The notes under the pieces: model-generated
Seen by the model: only the letters and a program-made list of their open reading frames with translations
What the model was told of the DNA's origin: nothing
The model's database searches: none
In this document: positions 40,725-50,987 of the stretch, piece after piece
Layout of the letters: each line of letters starts with the position of its first letter
Numbering within the stretch: position 1 is the first letter of the stretch
Position numbers and translations under genes: made by a program
Assembly: GCA_013003075.1 (NCBI GenBank)
Contig: JABDLJ010000012.1
Span: 1,956-65,955 of the forward strand
Length of the DNA stretch: 64,000 nt
Direction of reading: 5' to 3'
DNA from: Paracoccaceae bacterium
Lineage (GTDB): Bacteria > Pseudomonadota > Alphaproteobacteria > Rhodobacterales > Rhodobacteraceae

Positions 40725-41729
40725 ATGAACATGTCCACGCCGATGGTAGAGCTTTGGAGAGGCGGCATCTTAGAGTCGCAGCATGCGGGCCACGCGGTAA
40801 TCTGTGACGCTGGCGGCGAGATCGCCGAAGCCTGGGGGGATCCGGCGCAAATCATCTACCCGCGGTCCAGCGCGAAGCTCTTGCAGGCGATCCCGCTGAT
40901 CGAAAGCGGTGCGGCGAAGGCCGCGGGCCTCACCGACCGGCACCTGGCCCTGGCCTGCGCGTCGCATCATGGGGGGCATATCCATACCGATCTGGCGCAA
41001 AGCTGGCTGCGGGATCTGGGGCTTGGCGACGATGATCTGCGCTGCGGGCCGCAGGAGCCCAGTGATCTTGAGGCGCGAGATGAGCTGATCCGGGCCCACG
41101 CCAAGCCGTGCCAATATCACAACAACTGTTCTGGCAAGCACACCAGCTTTCTGACCCTCGGCCAGCACCTGCGCGCGGGGCCGGACTACATCGACGCCGA
41201 TCACCCGGTCCAGGTCGAAGTAAGGGACGTCTTCGAGGACATGACAGGGATGGACAGCCCCGGTTTCGGCATAGACGGCTGCTCGGCTCCGAATTTCGCC
41301 ACCAGCCTGCGCGGGCTGGCAAGGGCCATGGCGCGGGTTGCAGCGGCGCGCGAAGATACCGGTTCTGCACGCGACCGGGCGGCGGCCCGGCTGGCGCGGA
41401 CCATGCGCGAGTGTCCCGAACTGATTGCCGGACCGACGGGCTCCTGCACCTTGCTGATGCAAGCCGCCGGGGGGCGCGCGGCGGTCAAGTACGGCGCCGA
41501 GGCGGTTTATATCGCCATCCTGCCCGAGCAGAAGCTGGGCGTTGCGCTGAAAATCACCGATGGGGGCATGCGGGCCGCCGAATGCGCCACGGCAGCGCTT
41601 TTGATACGACTTGGCGCCCTGGACGCGGATCACCCGGTAGCCAGAGGGTTCGTCAGCGCACCGATCCTGAACCGGCGCGGCATCGATACCGGTGTGATGA
41701 AGCCGTCAGCCGGTTTCGCCGGGTACTAG
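40725..41729 (+). CDS. Asparaginase (Rhizobium-type asparaginase II family)
   Basis: Start at ATG 40725 (MNMSTPMVELWRGGILESQHAGHAV). The sequence shows the family pattern (RSSAKLLQAIPL, NNCSGKH). Confidence 0.8.
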   Translation: MNMSTPMVELWRGGILESQHAGHAVICDAGGEIAEAWGDPAQIIYPRSSAKLLQAIPLIESGAAKAAGLTDRHLALACASHHGGHIHTDLAQSWLRDLGLGDDDLRCGPQEPSDLEARDELIRAHAKPCQYHNNCSGKHTSFLTLGQHLRAGPDYIDADHPVQVEVRDVFEDMTGMDSPGFGIDGCSAPNFATSLRGLARAMARVAAAREDTGSARDRAAARLARTMRECPELIAGPTGSCTLLMQAAGGRAAVKYGAEAVYIAILPEQKLGVALKITDGGMRAAECATAALLIRLGALDADHPVARGFVSAPILNRRGIDTGVMKPSAGFAGY

Positions 41730-42607
41730 CCCAGCGAAGTTGCAAAGGCATTCCGGCCATAGCCTTGCAGGAACAAAAGCGCCGTCAGGTCGCCGTGATT
41801 AATCCTTAGGTCGACCTCGGCGGCCACGACCGGTTTTGCATGCAGCGCCACGCCCGCACCGGCGCGCTTCAGCATGTCAAGATCGTTGGCGCCATCGCCG
41901 ACCGCCATGACATCGGTGTGTCGCAGACCGCGCTGAGCGGTGATCTCTTCCAATGCACGTACCTTGGCGGCGCGCCCCAGGATCGGCTCGCCCGGCTGTC
42001 CGGTCAATTTTCCGCCCGCCTCTAGCAGCGTGTTCGCGCGGTTTTCATCAAAGCCCAGCCGATCCGCGATCCGGGAGGTGAACGCCGTGAACCCGCCCGA
42101 GACCAGCGCGCAATAGGCGCCGGCCTGGCGCATCGTCGCCACCAGTTCGACCGCACCGGGCATCAGGGTGATACGAGTGCGCAGGACCTCCTCGATCACC
42201 GCGACGTCCAATCCTTTTAGAAGTCCCACCCGCTCGCGCAGCGCTGCTTCGAAATCAAGCTCGCCATTCATCGCGCGTGCGGTGATGTCGGCCACCCGCG
42301 GGCCGACCCCGGCCATATCAGCCAGTTCGTCTATGCATTCCTGCTGGATCATCGTGCTGTCCATATCCGCCAGCAGCATCCGCTTGCGTCGTCCCTCGGC
42401 GGGCTGGATCACCAGATCAGCGCCCACGCCTTGCAGATCCTCCCAGACCTGCCAGCGGTTCGCGGGCATCTGGGTGATGGCAAACTCGGCCGCCTCGTCC
42501 GGCGACAGCCACAAAACGTCCCCGCCGCCCCAGGCGTTGCGCAGGCTATCGGCAAGCGCAGGGTCCAGCGGACGCGCGGCTCCGGTGATCAAGGAAACGA
42601 CATACAT
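41726..42607 (-). CDS. serB: Phosphoserine phosphatase SerB
   Basis: HAD motif I DMDSTMIQQE, later GDGANDLDM. I place the start at ATG 42607 (MYVVSLITG). Confidence 0.88.
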   Translation of the reverse strand: MYVVSLITGAARPLDPALADSLRNAWGGGDVLWLSPDEAAEFAITQMPANRWQVWEDLQGVGADLVIQPAEGRRKRMLLADMDSTMIQQECIDELADMAGVGPRVADITARAMNGELDFEAALRERVGLLKGLDVAVIEEVLRTRITLMPGAVELVATMRQAGAYCALVSGGFTAFTSRIADRLGFDENRANTLLEAGGKLTGQPGEPILGRAAKVRALEEITAQRGLRHTDVMAVGDGANDLDMLKRAGAGVALHAKPVVAAEVDLRINHGDLTALLFLQGYGRNAFATSLG

Positions 42608-42673
42608 GTCTCGACCTTCGCAAAAAATCGCGTCTCCTGAGACCACAGATCGCGGGCGACTTCCAGCGCGCGA

Positions 42674-43549
42674 TCAGCTTCCGGTGTCGGTTTCGTCAAG
42701 CACCGCAGCCAGGCCCTCGCGGTAGCTGGGGAACCGAAGCCGGACGCCCAGATCGGATTTCAGACGATCGTTCCTGACCCGTTTGCTTTCCGCATAAAAG
42801 CTGCGGGCCATGGGTGACATGTCGGCTGCGTCGAACATGACCTCAGGCGGGCGCGGCACGCCGAGAAGGTCCGCGGCATACGCTATCACATCCTGCGGCG
42901 GCGCGGGATCGTCATCGCAGACGTTGTAGATGGCACCGCCGCGCGGGCTGAGCGCCGAGGCCATCAGTACCTGGCCGATATCCTCCACGTGGATGCGCGA
43001 GAACACCTGTCCCGGCTTGATGATGCGCCGGGCCTTGCCGGATTTCACTTTCGAGAACGGCCCACGCCCCGGCCCATAGATGCCAGCCAAGCGGAAGATA
43101 TGCAGTGGAAAGCCCGCACGCTCAGCCAGCTTGTGCCACGCCGCTTCGGCCGCAACCCGGTGGCGGCCCCGGTCTGTCGATGGCGCAAGCGGCGTGGTCT
43201 CGTCGACCCAGTCGCCGCCATGATCACCATAGACACCGGTAGTCGAGAGGTACCCGACCCATTCCAGGTGCGGCGCGGCGGCTTCGATTTCGGTTCCAAG
43301 TGCCGCGAGCACCGGATCGCCGTCCTCGCCTGGCGCAACCGATGTCAGAAGGTGGCTCGTCGCGCCAAGCGCCGCGCCGATGTCCTGTCCGGGCCAGACA
43401 AGCGGCTCGACCCCTGCCTGCGCCAGCGCCTGTGCCTTGTCTTCCGATCGGGTGGTTCCGATCACGCGCCAGCCGCGGTCTTGCGCCAGCCTGCCAAATG
43501 CCTGCGCCGAGTATCCATGACCTATGCAAAGAAGTGTCTTGCTCATCAT
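42674..43549 (-). CDS. NAD(P)-binding Rossmann-fold protein (SDR/epimerase family)
   Basis: 291-aa ORF with an N-terminal Rossmann-like beta-alpha-beta segment (LLCIGHGYSAQAF) and the general pattern of atypical SDRs. Confidence 0.7.
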   Translation of the reverse strand: MMSKTLLCIGHGYSAQAFGRLAQDRGWRVIGTTRSEDKAQALAQAGVEPLVWPGQDIGAALGATSHLLTSVAPGEDGDPVLAALGTEIEAAAPHLEWVGYLSTTGVYGDHGGDWVDETTPLAPSTDRGRHRVAAEAAWHKLAERAGFPLHIFRLAGIYGPGRGPFSKVKSGKARRIIKPGQVFSRIHVEDIGQVLMASALSPRGGAIYNVCDDDPAPPQDVIAYAADLLGVPRPPEVMFDAADMSPMARSFYAESKRVRNDRLKSDLGVRLRFPSYREGLAAVLDETDTGS

Positions 43550-43682
43550 GCAAAGATGACGCGGGCGCGTCTGGATACAAGGGCAATCTTGGGCCCCGAC
43601 CCTTGCTGCGCTCGCCGGCGCGCTACAGCCAGCGCTCGGCGATCCCCCTTGCGTAGGCCGGATTTATGCGGACAATTGATCC

Positions 43683-45482
43683 ATGACGAACCCTGCCCTG
43701 AAACCCTGGTCCGAGAGCGCCGCAACGCTTGTTGCAGTGGCGGCAGGACGCGCGCCGGCCGATCTGGTGATCCGCGGCGGAACCTGGGTGAACGTACACA
43801 CGCGCGAGACGCTGAAACGCCACGATCTGGCAGTCGCCGGCGGCCGCTTCGCCTATTGCGGCCCGGATGCTTCGCATTGCATTGGCCCCCAGACAGAGAT
43901 CATCGAGGCCGATGGCCGCTACATGATCCCCGGGCTGTGCGACGGGCATATGCATATCGAAAGCGGCATGCTGATCCCGGCCGAGTTCGCCCGCGCCGTG
44001 ATCCCCCACGGCACAACCACCATGTTCGTCGATCCGCACGAGATCGCCAATGTGCTTGGCCTGCGCGGCGTGCGCCTGATGCACGACGAGGCGGCGATGC
44101 AACCAGTCTCGATCTTCACACAAATGCCAAGCTGCGCGCCGTCTGCACCGGGGCTCGAGACGACCGGGTTTGAAATCACTGCCGAGGATGTTGCCGAGGC
44201 GATGACCTGGCCAGGCATCATCGGCCTTGGCGAGATGATGAATTTCCCCGGCGTCGTGGCGGGCGATCCCAAGATGCTCGCCGAGATCGCGGCAACCCAG
44301 AAAGCGGGCAAAACCGTCGGCGGCCACTATGCCAGCCCCGATCTGGGACCTGCGTTTCACGCTTATGCCGCGAGCGGGCCGGCAGACGATCACGAAGGCA
44401 CCTGCGAGGCCGATGCCATCGCGCGGATGCGGCAGGGAATGCGGTCGATGATGCGGCTGGGCTCTGCCTGGTACGACGTGGAAACCCAGATCACGGCGAT
44501 CACCGAAAAATGGCTCGATCCGCGCGGCGCGATCCTCTGCACCGACGACTGCCATTCGGGCACGCTGGTAAATGATGGGCACATGAACCGTGTCGTCCGC
44601 CACGCGATAAGTTGCGGCTGCGATCCGCTGATCGCGCTGCAGATGGCGACGATCAACACGGCGACCCATTTCGGACTGGAGCGGGAGCTTGGCTCGATCG
44701 CGCCGGGGCGCCGGGCCGACGTGATCCTGACATCTGATCTGCGCACCCTGCCGATCGAGCACGTCATCGCGCAAGGCGCCACGGTCGCCAGGGACGGCAC
44801 TTGCCTTGTGGACTGCCCGCACCTCGACTGGCCAGAGGATGTGCGCAAGACCGTGACCCTCGGCCGCCAGCTTGCACCGCAAGACTTCGAGATCACCGCG
44901 CCACAGGGCGCCAACACGGTCACCGCCAAGGTCATCGGCGTCGTCGAGAACCAGGCGCCGACGAAGGCCCTGACCGCCGAGCTTGCAGTGGCCGACGGTC
45001 GCGTCGAGCCGTCCGGCAATGTCTGCCAGATCGCGCTGGTCGAGCGGCATCGCGGCACTGGCGGCGTGGTGAACGGGTTCGTTTCGGGCTTTGGCTATAC
45101 CGGGCGCATGGCGATGGCTTCGACCGTCGCGCATGACAGTCACCACATGATCGTCGTCGGCACCGACCGGCGCGATATGGCGGCTGCAGCCAACCGGCTG
45201 GGAGAGGTTGGCGGCGGCATCACCGTCTTCAAGAACGGCACCGAGATCGCCATGGTCGAGTTGCCGATTGCCGGGCTGATGTCGGACAGCCCGGCCACCG
45301 ACGTCGCTGCCGAGGCCGATCGCATGGTCGCCGCGATGGCCGAATGCGGCTGCACGCTGAACAACGCCTACATGCAGCATTCCCTTCTGGCGCTCGTTGT
45401 CATACCCGAGTTGCGTATTTCCGATCTGGGGCTGGTCGATGTCACCCGGTTCGAGCTGACCCCGCTTCTTGAGGATAATTGA
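43683..45482 (+). CDS. ade: Adenine deaminase
   Basis: 599-aa amidohydrolase (PGLCDGHMHIESG) with the Ade-type length and C-terminal domain. Confidence 0.88.
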   Translation: MTNPALKPWSESAATLVAVAAGRAPADLVIRGGTWVNVHTRETLKRHDLAVAGGRFAYCGPDASHCIGPQTEIIEADGRYMIPGLCDGHMHIESGMLIPAEFARAVIPHGTTTMFVDPHEIANVLGLRGVRLMHDEAAMQPVSIFTQMPSCAPSAPGLETTGFEITAEDVAEAMTWPGIIGLGEMMNFPGVVAGDPKMLAEIAATQKAGKTVGGHYASPDLGPAFHAYAASGPADDHEGTCEADAIARMRQGMRSMMRLGSAWYDVETQITAITEKWLDPRGAILCTDDCHSGTLVNDGHMNRVVRHAISCGCDPLIALQMATINTATHFGLERELGSIAPGRRADVILTSDLRTLPIEHVIAQGATVARDGTCLVDCPHLDWPEDVRKTVTLGRQLAPQDFEITAPQGANTVTAKVIGVVENQAPTKALTAELAVADGRVEPSGNVCQIALVERHRGTGGVVNGFVSGFGYTGRMAMASTVAHDSHHMIVVGTDRRDMAAAANRLGEVGGGITVFKNGTEIAMVELPIAGLMSDSPATDVAAEADRMVAAMAECGCTLNNAYMQHSLLALVVIPELRISDLGLVDVTRFELTPLLEDN

Positions 45483-46963
45483 TGAACACTGCTCAAGGCT
45501 CTTTGATCCAGTCACCGCCTGTGCCGAAGGCTGAAACTTTCATGGACGCAAGCAAGGCGGTGGATCGGCTGGAAGAGCTGTACCGGAGGGCCGTGTCTTT
45601 TTTGTGCAAGGAGTTCGCCAAGACGCTGACCGGTGTCGTGCCCGCCATGCGCTACCGCGCCTACTATCCAGAGATCCGCTTCACCACGACCAGCTTTGCC
45701 GGCATCGACAGTCGTCTCAGCTTTGGTCATGTGGCCGAACCGGGAACCTATACCACAACGGTCACCCGCCCCGACCTTTTCCGCAATTACCTGATTCAGC
45801 AGATCGGTCTTTTGATCGAGAACCACGACGTTCCAGTCGTGATCGGCCCTTCATCGACACCGATGCCGATCCATTTCGCGGTCGCCAACGACGCGGATCT
45901 GACCGTCCCGCAGGAAGGCTCGATGACGTTTACGTTGCGCGATATCTTCGATGTGCCTGATTTGGCGACGACAAGCGACGATATCGTCAACGGGTTTGGC
46001 TACAAGCACCCCGACGGGTCCGGACCGCTCGCGCCGTTCACTGCGCAGCGCGTGGACTATTCGCTGGCTCGGTTGTCGCACTACACAGCCACTGCCGCGC
46101 ATCATTTCCAGAACCATGTGCTGTTCACCAACTACCAGTTCTATGTCGAAGAGTTCGAGGCCTTCGCCCGTGCCGCGCTCGATAATCCCGGCAGCGGATA
46201 TACCTCCTTCGTCGGACCGGGAAATGCCGAGATCACCAGCGGCGCCGGGACGCTGACACCGATCGAAAAGCTGCCGCAGATGCCGACCTACCACCTGAAA
46301 CGCGCGGCCGGCTCGGGGATCACGCTGGTCAATATCGGCGTCGGTCCGTCGAATGCGAAAACCGCGACCGATCATATCGCAGTACTCCGACCCCATGCCT
46401 GGGTCATGGTCGGCCATTGCGCCGGTTTGCGGAACAGCCAGAGGCTGGGCGATTTCGTTCTGGCGCATGCCTACCTGCGCGAGGATCACGTTCTTGACGA
46501 CGACCTGCCGGTCTGGGTGCCGATCCCTGCCCTGGCCGAGATTCAGATCGCGCTGGAGGCTGCGGTGGCCGAGGTCAGTCAACATGACGGCTTTGAGATG
46601 AAGCGGATCATGCGCACCGGCACCGTTGCCACGATCGACAACCGGAACTGGGAGCTGCGCGACCAGTCCGGCCCGGTGCAGCGGCTGTCGCAGTCGCGGG
46701 CCATCGCGCTTGACATGGAAAGCGCCACGATCGCCGCCAACGGATTTCGCTTCCGCGTGCCCTATGCGACGCTTCTGTGCGTCTCCGATAAGCCGCTTCA
46801 TGGCGAGCTGAAACTGCCTGGAATGGCCTCTGATTTCTACCGAACGCAGGTCTCACGGCACCTGCTGATCGGAATTCGCGCCATGGAAGCACTGCGCGAG
46901 ATGCCACTTGAACGGCTACATTCGCGCAAGCTTCGCAGCTTCGAAGAGACCGCATTTCTCTGA
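45482..46963 (+). CDS. amn: AMP nucleosidase
   Basis: The 494-aa track ORF starts at TTG 45479. ATG 45482 shares its A with the ade stop (TGATG) and has a GAGGA RBS. The C-terminal nucleoside phosphorylase fold contains ALDMESATIAANG. Confidence 0.88.
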   Translation: MNTAQGSLIQSPPVPKAETFMDASKAVDRLEELYRRAVSFLCKEFAKTLTGVVPAMRYRAYYPEIRFTTTSFAGIDSRLSFGHVAEPGTYTTTVTRPDLFRNYLIQQIGLLIENHDVPVVIGPSSTPMPIHFAVANDADLTVPQEGSMTFTLRDIFDVPDLATTSDDIVNGFGYKHPDGSGPLAPFTAQRVDYSLARLSHYTATAAHHFQNHVLFTNYQFYVEEFEAFARAALDNPGSGYTSFVGPGNAEITSGAGTLTPIEKLPQMPTYHLKRAAGSGITLVNIGVGPSNAKTATDHIAVLRPHAWVMVGHCAGLRNSQRLGDFVLAHAYLREDHVLDDDLPVWVPIPALAEIQIALEAAVAEVSQHDGFEMKRIMRTGTVATIDNRNWELRDQSGPVQRLSQSRAIALDMESATIAANGFRFRVPYATLLCVSDKPLHGELKLPGMASDFYRTQVSRHLLIGIRAMEALREMPLERLHSRKLRSFEETAFL

Positions 46964-47096
46964 TTTGGGTAAAAAACCGCTGATTCTGGCCCGAAATGCG
47001 TTATTTTACTGCTACTAGTCGTTGTGTTCGGCCCCCAGATACAGTTTAACTTGTCGCGTCAGCCCCTAGAAAAAGGGGAAAACGAGGAGACGAGAC

Positions 47097-47384
47097 ATGG
47101 CAAAACCGATGACCAAGACGCAACTTGTTGCCGCTCTTGCCGACGAAATGGGCAGCGACAAGAAATCCGCGGGCGTCGCTTTGGACGCGATCACCGGGAT
47201 CATCACCAAGGAAGTGGCAGACGGTGGTGCCGTGACACTTCCCGGCGTGGGCAAAATCTACTGCCGCGAACGGCCCGCACGGATGGTGCGCAACCCCGCC
47301 ACGGGAGAACAGATTCACAAAGACGCCGATAAGGTCGTGAAAATGACCATCGCAAAGGCGCTGAAGGATAGCGTGAACGGCTAA
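47097..47384 (+). CDS. HU family DNA-binding protein
   Basis: 95-aa ORF starting MTKTQLVAALADEMG, with the arm motif RNPATGEQI. Confidence 0.93.
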   Translation: MAKPMTKTQLVAALADEMGSDKKSAGVALDAITGIITKEVADGGAVTLPGVGKIYCRERPARMVRNPATGEQIHKDADKVVKMTIAKALKDSVNG

Positions 47385-47407
47385 TCGCCGCTTTCGCAGT
47401 CCGACTT

Positions 47408-47437
47408 GGGGTCGCCGTCAGGCGGCCCTTTTGTTTT
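47408..47437 (+). terminator. Rho-independent terminator after the HU gene
   Basis: gggtcgcc-gtca-ggcggccc (one G-U pair) followed by ttttgtttt. Confidence 0.75.
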
Positions 47438-47586
47438 GGGCGCTGCCGTCATGTACCGGGATTTGTTTGACCGGCGGGCGCCGCGGCGCTAAGGCCCATG
47501 GCGAGGGCCTGAGCGACCCCTAGGGTGTCGCGCAACGGGGCGGCCGTTTCTTCGGAGGCAGTGTTCTGGACATACGCGCGATTTTC

Positions 47587-48459
47587 ATGGGCGTTGCCTT
47601 TGCGGTCATGTGGTCGTCGGCCTTCACCTCGGCCCGGATCATCGTCGCGTCCGCGCCGCCTCTGACGACCCTCGCCATCCGCTTTGCGATTGCTGGCCTG
47701 ATCGCCATCGCCATAGCCCGCCTTCTTGGCCAGGACTGGCGCCTGACCAAGGGCCAATGGCGCGCGACGCTGATCTTCGGGCTCTGCCAGAACGCGCTTT
47801 ACCTCGGGCTGAATTTCGTGGCGATGCAAACCGTCGAAGCCTCGGTGGCGGCCATCATTGCATCCTCTCTACCCTTGTGGGTCGCACTTGCCGGGCGCGC
47901 CTTTCTGGGCGACCGGCTGAACGCTGCGGGACTGGTTGGGCTTCTGGCCGGGTTTGCCGGCGTCGTCCTGATAATGGGCTCGCGGATCAGTGCCGGGGTC
48001 GATCTGGGCGGGCTGGCACTTTGCGGCCTTGGCGTTCTGGCGCTGACCCTGGCGACGCTTTTGGTGCGCGGTGCATCGTCGGGCGGCAACGTTCTGATGA
48101 TTGTCGGTCTGCAAATGCTGGTCGGTTCGGTTATTCTTGCGTTCGTCGGCCTGGGTAGCGAGACATGGGTTGTCGACTATAGCTGGACGCTGGCGGCCGC
48201 CTTCACCTACACCGTTCTGGTGCCGGGGCTCGCTGCGACATGGGTCTGGTTCACCTTGGTCAACCGCATCGGATCTGTTCGCGCCTCGACCTTCCACTTT
48301 CTCAACCCGTTTCTGGGGGTCGCCATCGCGGCATTGCTCCTGGGTGAGCAAATCACGCGGATCGACTATCTTGGCGTTGCGATCATCACCGCGGGCATTC
48401 TGGTCGTCCAGATCTCGAAGCGGTCACCTGGGCGCGTCAAAAGCCTGACGGGGACGTGA
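47587..48459 (+). CDS. DMT (EamA) family transporter
   Basis: 290-aa ORF with 10 TM helices in two EamA repeats. The true start may be slightly upstream: an in-frame CTG at 47566 lies 7 nt after a GGAGG. Confidence 0.85.
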   Translation: MGVAFAVMWSSAFTSARIIVASAPPLTTLAIRFAIAGLIAIAIARLLGQDWRLTKGQWRATLIFGLCQNALYLGLNFVAMQTVEASVAAIIASSLPLWVALAGRAFLGDRLNAAGLVGLLAGFAGVVLIMGSRISAGVDLGGLALCGLGVLALTLATLLVRGASSGGNVLMIVGLQMLVGSVILAFVGLGSETWVVDYSWTLAAAFTYTVLVPGLAATWVWFTLVNRIGSVRASTFHFLNPFLGVAIAALLLGEQITRIDYLGVAIITAGILVVQISKRSPGRVKSLTGT

Positions 48460-48515
48460 ACGAATGTAACCGGAGTTTTGGTGACATGCGGCAGCCGGCC
48501 ACCTAGAACATCGCC

Positions 48516-49229
48516 ATGGAACTCTTACTTGCCTATGGCGCAGGGCTGCTGACGCTGATCAACCCGTGCGTGCTGCCGGTCTTGCCCATCGTGCTTGCGA
48601 CATCCCTGCAGTCCGGCCGCCACGGACCGCTCGCAATGGCCGCGGGAATGAGCCTGTCCTTCGTCGCACTTGGCCTTTCGCTGTCGGTTCTGGTACGCGC
48701 CTTCGGCGCGACCGAGCAGACCATCGTCAACGCATCGGCAATGCTGATGATCGGTTTCGGCCTGATCCTTCTGGTGCCGCGCCTGTCTGCAGGCTTCGCA
48801 ACTGCGACGGCGGGCATGTCTTCCAGGGCGGACGCCAGCCTCGACGAGATCGACAGCACCGGCCTGCGCGGACAGTTCCTTGGCGGTGTGCTTCTCGGAG
48901 CGGTCTGGAGCCCCTGCGTCGGACCCACTCTTGGCGGCGCCATCTCGCTGGCCAGCCAGGGCGAGAATCTGGCACGCGCCGGAGCTATCATGGTCGCCTT
49001 TGCACTGGGCGTGTCCAGCATCATCCTGGCGCTAGGTTATGGCGCGCGGTCGGTGATCCAGAAGCGGCAGGCCTTGATGCGTCGGATCGCCGGACAGGCG
49101 CGCCCGATAATGGGCGCGACATTCGTTGCGGTCGGCCTTGCGATCCTCCTCAAGCTTCACCACGTGGCCGAGCGCTGGGCGCTGGAAAACCTGCCCGCCT
49201 GGCTGATCGATTTTTCCGTAATTCTCTGA
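48516..49229 (+). CDS. ccdA: Cytochrome c biogenesis protein CcdA family (thiol-disulfide transporter)
   Basis: 237-aa multi-TM ORF with the two conserved Cys motifs LINPCVLPVLP and WSPCVGP. Confidence 0.88.
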   Translation: MELLLAYGAGLLTLINPCVLPVLPIVLATSLQSGRHGPLAMAAGMSLSFVALGLSLSVLVRAFGATEQTIVNASAMLMIGFGLILLVPRLSAGFATATAGMSSRADASLDEIDSTGLRGQFLGGVLLGAVWSPCVGPTLGGAISLASQGENLARAGAIMVAFALGVSSIILALGYGARSVIQKRQALMRRIAGQARPIMGATFVAVGLAILLKLHHVAERWALENLPAWLIDFSVIL

Positions 49230-49246
49230 ACGAAGGTAGCCTATTG

Positions 49247-49657
49247 ATGAAACGTCGTGACTTCATTCTCTCTGGATCCGCCCTTACCCTGTTGCCGGCT
49301 GCGGTCTCTGCATCGACCGGGATCGCCTACAATCCCGGCCTTGTCGAAAAGGAACTTGCCGCAGGCAAGACGGTGTTTCTCGACTTCTACACGTCATGGT
49401 GCACCACCTGCGCCAGCCAGGGCCGTACGATCGAAGCGCTGCGCGCGGCAGATCCGGCCTATGACGAGGCAATAACCTTCATCTCGATCGACTGGGACAT
49501 CCATAGCGACGCACCGATATCGCGGTCGCTGAATATCCCGCGCAGATCGACGCTGGTTGTTTTGAAAGGCGATAAAGAACTCGGCCGCATCGTCGCAGGC
49601 ACGCGCAACGCCGAGATCAAGGCGCTGCTCGACACCGCGCTTGCGGCCTCGGCCTAG
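49247..49657 (+). CDS. Thioredoxin-fold protein with a twin-arginine-type signal peptide
   Basis: Start at ATG 49247 ([22 protein letters not shown]), with a CxxC motif (WCTTC). The track ORF beginning at 48566 is an out-of-frame read across ccdA. Confidence 0.8.
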   Translation: MKRRDFILSGSALTLLPAAVSASTGIAYNPGLVEKELAAGKTVFLDFYTSWCTTCASQGRTIEALRAADPAYDEAITFISIDWDIHSDAPISRSLNIPRRSTLVVLKGDKELGRIVAGTRNAEIKALLDTALAASA

Positions 49658-50754
49658 CCGATCGTGCCGCGGATGCCGCCAGTCTGGCCGCGATCCAGAA
49701 GCAGGTGATCCAGCAGGACGGCCGCGACCATCGCCTCGCCCACAGGCACCGCGCGAATGCCGACGCACGGGTCATGCCGGCCCTTGGTTGTGATTTCGGT
49801 CGCCTCACCGGCCTTGGTGATCGTCTTGCGCGGCGTCAGGATCGAAGAGGTCGGTTTGACGGCAAACCGCAGCACGACGTCCTGGCCGCTGGAGATTCCG
49901 CCCAGGATGCCGCCTGCATGGTTCGAAGCGAACTCGGGCCCGGTCGCGCCCATGAAGATCTCGTCTGCATTGGCCTCGCCGGTCAGCATCGCCGCCTGCA
50001 TGCCTTCGCCGATCTCGACCCCCTTGACCGCGTTGATCGACATCGCCGCCGCCGCAAGATCGGTATCGAGTTTGCCGTAGACCGGCGCGCCGAGGCCCGC
50101 CGGCACGCCGCGCGCCGTGACTTCGATCATCGCGCCGACCGAGCTTCCCGATTTGCGCAAGCCATCGAGATACGTCGCCCATTCACTAGCCGCTGCGGCA
50201 TCGGGGACCCAAAACGGGTTGCGCGCGATCTCATCCCAGTCAAAGCGGGCGCGGTCGATCCGCTTGTCGCCCATCTGCACCATGTAGCCGGTGATCGAAA
50301 GCTCCGGCAGAAGCAGGGCCAGTGCGGCACGCGCCACGCCGCCAGCGGCCACCCGCGCCGCTGTTTCGCGTGCCGAAGACCGGCCCCCGCCACGGTAATC
50401 GCGGATCCCGTATTTCTGCCAATAGGTGATATCGGCATGCCCGGGCCGGAACTTCTCGGCGATATCGCCGTAGTCTTTCGACCGCTGGTCGGTGTTGCGG
50501 ATCATCAGCTGGATCGGGGTGCCCGTTGTCCTGCCTTCGAAAACGCCGGATAGGATTTCAACCTCATCAGCCTCGCGCCGCTGTGTGGTGTACTTGTTCT
50601 GCCCCGGTTTGCGCTTGTCGAGCCAGACCTGGATATCGGCCTCACTTAGCGGCACGCCGGGCGGGCACCCGTCGATGGTCGCGCCAAGCGCCGGCCCGTG
50701 ACTTTCGCCCCAGGTCGTGACCCGAAAGAGGTGGCCGTAGCTGTTCAGGCTCAT
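49654..50754 (-). CDS. aroC: Chorismate synthase
   Basis: 366-aa ORF starting [15 protein letters not shown], with full-length AroC conservation. Confidence 0.95.
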   Translation of the reverse strand: MSLNSYGHLFRVTTWGESHGPALGATIDGCPPGVPLSEADIQVWLDKRKPGQNKYTTQRREADEVEILSGVFEGRTTGTPIQLMIRNTDQRSKDYGDIAEKFRPGHADITYWQKYGIRDYRGGGRSSARETAARVAAGGVARAALALLLPELSITGYMVQMGDKRIDRARFDWDEIARNPFWVPDAAAASEWATYLDGLRKSGSSVGAMIEVTARGVPAGLGAPVYGKLDTDLAAAAMSINAVKGVEIGEGMQAAMLTGEANADEIFMGATGPEFASNHAGGILGGISSGQDVVLRFAVKPTSSILTPRKTITKAGEATEITTKGRHDPCVGIRAVPVGEAMVAAVLLDHLLLDRGQTGGIRGTIG

Positions 50755-50847
50755 ATCACGCGATCTCCTTGATCAGCGTCCTTAGCGGGCGGCGGGGGCC
50801 GCCTCAAGGGGTTTCGCCTTGCACTTGAACCTGCTGAGGCATAGATA

Positions 50848-50942
50848 CGCCGGTACCTCGGGGTGCCCAATTAGGGCTGAGATGCGCGCAAGCGAACCCG
50901 TTGAACCTGAACCGGTTAATGCCGGCGGAGGGAAGGTTGAGC
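50848..50942 (+). promoter_or_regulatory. TPP (THI-box) riboswitch
   Basis: Core elements ggggtgcc...ctgaga...acccgttgaacctgaaccggttaatgccggcggagggaa match the thiamine pyrophosphate aptamer consensus. It lies directly upstream of thiB. Confidence 0.88.
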
Positions 50943-50987
50943 GCTCCTCTACCCGATCCCCGTCCGGGCCACGAATGGAGGCTTTTG

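Noticed and set aside
43623-45515. 630-aa minus-strand ORF opposite adenine deaminase
   Set aside because: The same shadow-ORF pattern applies. The plus-strand gene has clear amidohydrolase motifs and the antisense product has none.
50901-50987. Upstream start codons for thiB (TTG 50901, ATG 50919)
   Set aside because: Both lie inside the TPP riboswitch aptamer. TTG 50988, with an RBS, yields a clean signal peptide.
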